Shown one piece after another: positions 61,781 through 64,000 of a stretch of 64,000 nucleotides of DNA; position 1 is the first letter of the stretch, and each line of letters begins with the position of its first letter. This DNA is from Atribacterota bacterium (GTDB taxonomy: Bacteria; Atribacterota; Phoenicimicrobiia; Phoenicimicrobiales; Stramentimicrobiaceae), in the NCBI GenBank assembly GCA_040767965.1, contig JAXGNR010000007.1, positions 32,001-96,000 of the forward strand, written 5' to 3'. A program made the position numbers and the translations under genes. The notes under the pieces are model-generated. The model did not search any database. It was not told where the DNA came from and saw only the letters and a list, made by a program, of their open reading frames with translations.

Positions 61781-62728
61781 TTATTGGAAATATTCATCAA
61801 ATATTGGTTTCCAATCTTCATACATTTTTTCAGCAGTATTAAATGATTCTTCCGGCCCTCTGAAATTAACAACTAAATACAACTCTTTCATTTCCTGGAT
61901 AAATTCTTCATTGTTGGCTACTTCTTCGAATTTAGAAGCCAGATAATCAACTATTTCTTTGGGGGTTCCAGGAGGAGCATAATAAGATCTGGGCTGGAAA
62001 GCAATAACATCTACTCCAACCTCTCTTAAAGTCGGAACATCTGGTAAATAAGGAGATCTGGTGTCATCAAGAACTGCCAAAGGAATAGCATCACCGCTCT
62101 CAATAACTCCTCGAGCATCAGAAACAGAAGTTGTTTCAACATCTATATGTCCACCCAGCAAAGCAGCACGGGTTGCAGCACCACCATCATATGGAACCAT
62201 TTGATATTGAGCACCAGTTGCTTCCTGAACCATTAACATATTTACAGCTGATAAACCTCTTGCACCAGTTACTCCCCATCTTAACTGTCTGGGGTTCGCT
62301 TTAGCGTATTCCAGCACTTCTTCAAATGAAGTCCAGCCGGTTCCTGGATGAGTAGTAAGAACAGTATGATCCTGGACTAAGTCACAGATTGTTTCCATTT
62401 CTCTCCACAACATAACATCTGTGGCTTTTGATAAATATTGAGAAACAACATTATTAGCATTATGGGCTAAAATAATATACCCATCAGGTTTTTCTCTGTA
62501 AAGTTCCATTGCACCTATTAAACCAGATGCACCAGGGACATATATCAAAACCAGAGGTTGTTCTATTTGCATATGTTTTGCAACTGCTCTTGTTAATATG
62601 TCAGATCCACCACCAGGATTAAATGGAATAATAACTCTGATTGGTTCTTCCGGATATGCCGCTAAACCACTGATAGAAACTATCATTAACAATACAGCAA
62701 TCATTAAAATAGTAAATATTTTTTTCAT
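61781..62728 (-). CDS. tctC: TTT substrate-binding protein
   Basis: YPE.PI, PF.PGGGSD, PDGY, PYDGG, PDVPT. Confidence 0.93.
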   Translation of the reverse strand: MKKIFTILMIAVLLMIVSISGLAAYPEEPIRVIIPFNPGGGSDILTRAVAKHMQIEQPLVLIYVPGASGLIGAMELYREKPDGYIILAHNANNVVSQYLSKATDVMLWREMETICDLVQDHTVLTTHPGTGWTSFEEVLEYAKANPRQLRWGVTGARGLSAVNMLMVQEATGAQYQMVPYDGGAATRAALLGGHIDVETTSVSDARGVIESGDAIPLAVLDDTRSPYLPDVPTLREVGVDVIAFQPRSYYAPPGTPKEIVDYLASKFEEVANNEEFIQEMKELYLVVNFRGPEESFNTAEKMYEDWKPIFDEYFQ

Positions 62729-62914
62729 TATTACTTATTAAACTCCTTTTTCAATTTTATTTTGTAATTTTTTGTATTTTATATTTAATTTCTTATTTTT
62801 AGTATTTAACACCTCCCTATTTTTTTGTTAGAAACATTTTCTCATTAATAATTCTATTATTATTTTAATAAAATATCATAAAGTATGCAAAGTTGTCTAA
62901 TGTTAAAATTAACA

Positions 62915-62969
62915 ATCAGGAAGATAAAAATACTTAAAAATCAGCTTTTAATAATTTTACCTTCCTGAT
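62915..62969 (-). other. Imperfect stem-loop downstream of tctC
   Basis: ATCAGGAAG(G/A)TAAAA..TTTTA(T/C)CTTCCTGAT. Confidence 0.5.
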
Positions 62970-63066
62970 ATATTTTTAATTGTTTAAAATAATCGACTCA
63001 TCATCCTCTATTAAAGATAATATTAAATTTATTTAATATCTTTTTATATTCAAGTGATTTTAATGT

Positions 63067-64000
63067 CTATTCAAAATATTTTGCATAAGCAGCTTCTAAT
63101 CTGCTGGCAACTCCATCAGCCCATTCTTTAGCTTCTTCAGGACCCATAAAGTCAACACCATAGTTGACAGCAGCCATATCAGCAATAAAGTCTTCATTCT
63201 TAGCTACTGCTTCGAATCTGGAAGCCAGATAATCAATTACTTCTTTAGGAGTTCCTGGAGGGGCAAAATATGCTCTTAATGATCCTGGAGTAATACCAAA
63301 TTCAGGAATGCCCATTTCTGTGGGGGTTGGAACTCCTTCTTTTACAAAAGGAGACTTTCTGTCACTGCTGTACAGAACCGGGATTGCATCTCCGGAACGC
63401 AGCAGTTCACGCATGTCAGAAACACTACCACTGGCTAATTCAATATGTCCTCCTAATAAAGATACACGGGCATTGGCTCCACCGTCATAAGGAACGATCT
63501 GAAAATCAAAACCATAAACATCATTTAAGGTCATGATGGCTGCTACTGCTGCTGTCCTCAATCCTTCAGTACCCCAGGAAACTTTACCAGGATTTGCTTT
63601 GGCAAATTCTGCCACATCTTCCCAGGAAGTCCAGCCGGTACCAGGATGGGTAATAACCACATTGTTATCTAATACCATATTACAGATAAATTCAAATTCT
63701 TCCCATAATTTAATATCTGTTCCGCCTGATAAATATTGACCAATTAAGTTATCAGTGTTGTGACCTAAAATAGTGTAACCATCTGGTGTTTCTCTATATA
63801 ATTCCATTGCCCCGATTTGGCCGGAGGCACCAGGAATGTAGACAGGAACTAATGGCTGGCCGTCTAAATCTAAATATTTTTCTATAGTTCTGGTCAATAA
63901 GTCAGTTCCGCCGCCTGGATTAAAAGGAACAATAGACCTGATAGGGCGTTCTGGGTATGCTGCCATAGACATTGAGGCAAAAGAAAAAACCATTATCATT
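63067..64000 (-). CDS. tctC: TTT substrate-binding protein, 5' end outside window; about 90% identical to 53474-54439
   Basis: TctC motifs; about 32 differences over 310 aa in a manual alignment. Confidence 0.93.
   Translation of the reverse strand, partial: MIMVFSFASMSMAAYPERPIRSIVPFNPGGGTDLLTRTIEKYLDLDGQPLVPVYIPGASGQIGAMELYRETPDGYTILGHNTDNLIGQYLSGGTDIKLWEEFEFICNMVLDNNVVITHPGTGWTSWEDVAEFAKANPGKVSWGTEGLRTAAVAAIMTLNDVYGFDFQIVPYDGGANARVSLLGGHIELASGSVSDMRELLRSGDAIPVLYSSDRKSPFVKEGVPTPTEMGIPEFGITPGSLRAYFAPPGTPKEVIDYLASRFEAVAKNEDFIADMAAVNYGVDFMGPEEAKEWADGVASRLEAAYAKYFE

Noticed and set aside
1-64000. CRISPR arrays, tRNA/rRNA, prophage or defence genes
   Set aside because: No regularly spaced repeats, no RNA-gene-like GC-rich intergenic tracts and no matching protein motifs seen by eye

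Overview
AT-rich bacterial chromosome segment, almost entirely on the minus strand. Gene content and Firmicute-style sigma-A promoters and SD sites fit an anaerobe such as Atribacterota (inference, not tested). From left to right: a truncated LivJ/K-type ABC binding protein; a full histidine operon (hisZ-G-D-HAD phosphatase-B-H-A-F-IE-C); pgeF, DUF2461, SGNH, HD and MATE genes; a type II fatty-acid operon (fabH-K-D-G-F-Z plus a FabX-like FMN/Fe-S protein) with a FapR-like operator; a large uncharacterised organic-acid catabolic locus (GntR, TPP E1a/E1b/E2, two Zn-ADH paralogs of which one is degenerate, a TTT transporter, RraA, Ldh_2, an IlvD-family dehydratase, a beta-HAD reductase and a DHDPS-family aldolase); an ABC-F ATPase; a polyamine operon with two SpeD homologs, preceded by deoD; a complete ISLre2-family IS with a 9-bp target duplication; an ECF sigma pair; and further TTT modules. 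In total there are four tctAB sets and five tctC genes. The most novel non-coding signal is a repeated pattern of orphan Shine-Dalgarno sequences upstream, and strong hairpins downstream, of solute-binding-protein cistrons. No rRNA, tRNA or CRISPR array was seen.
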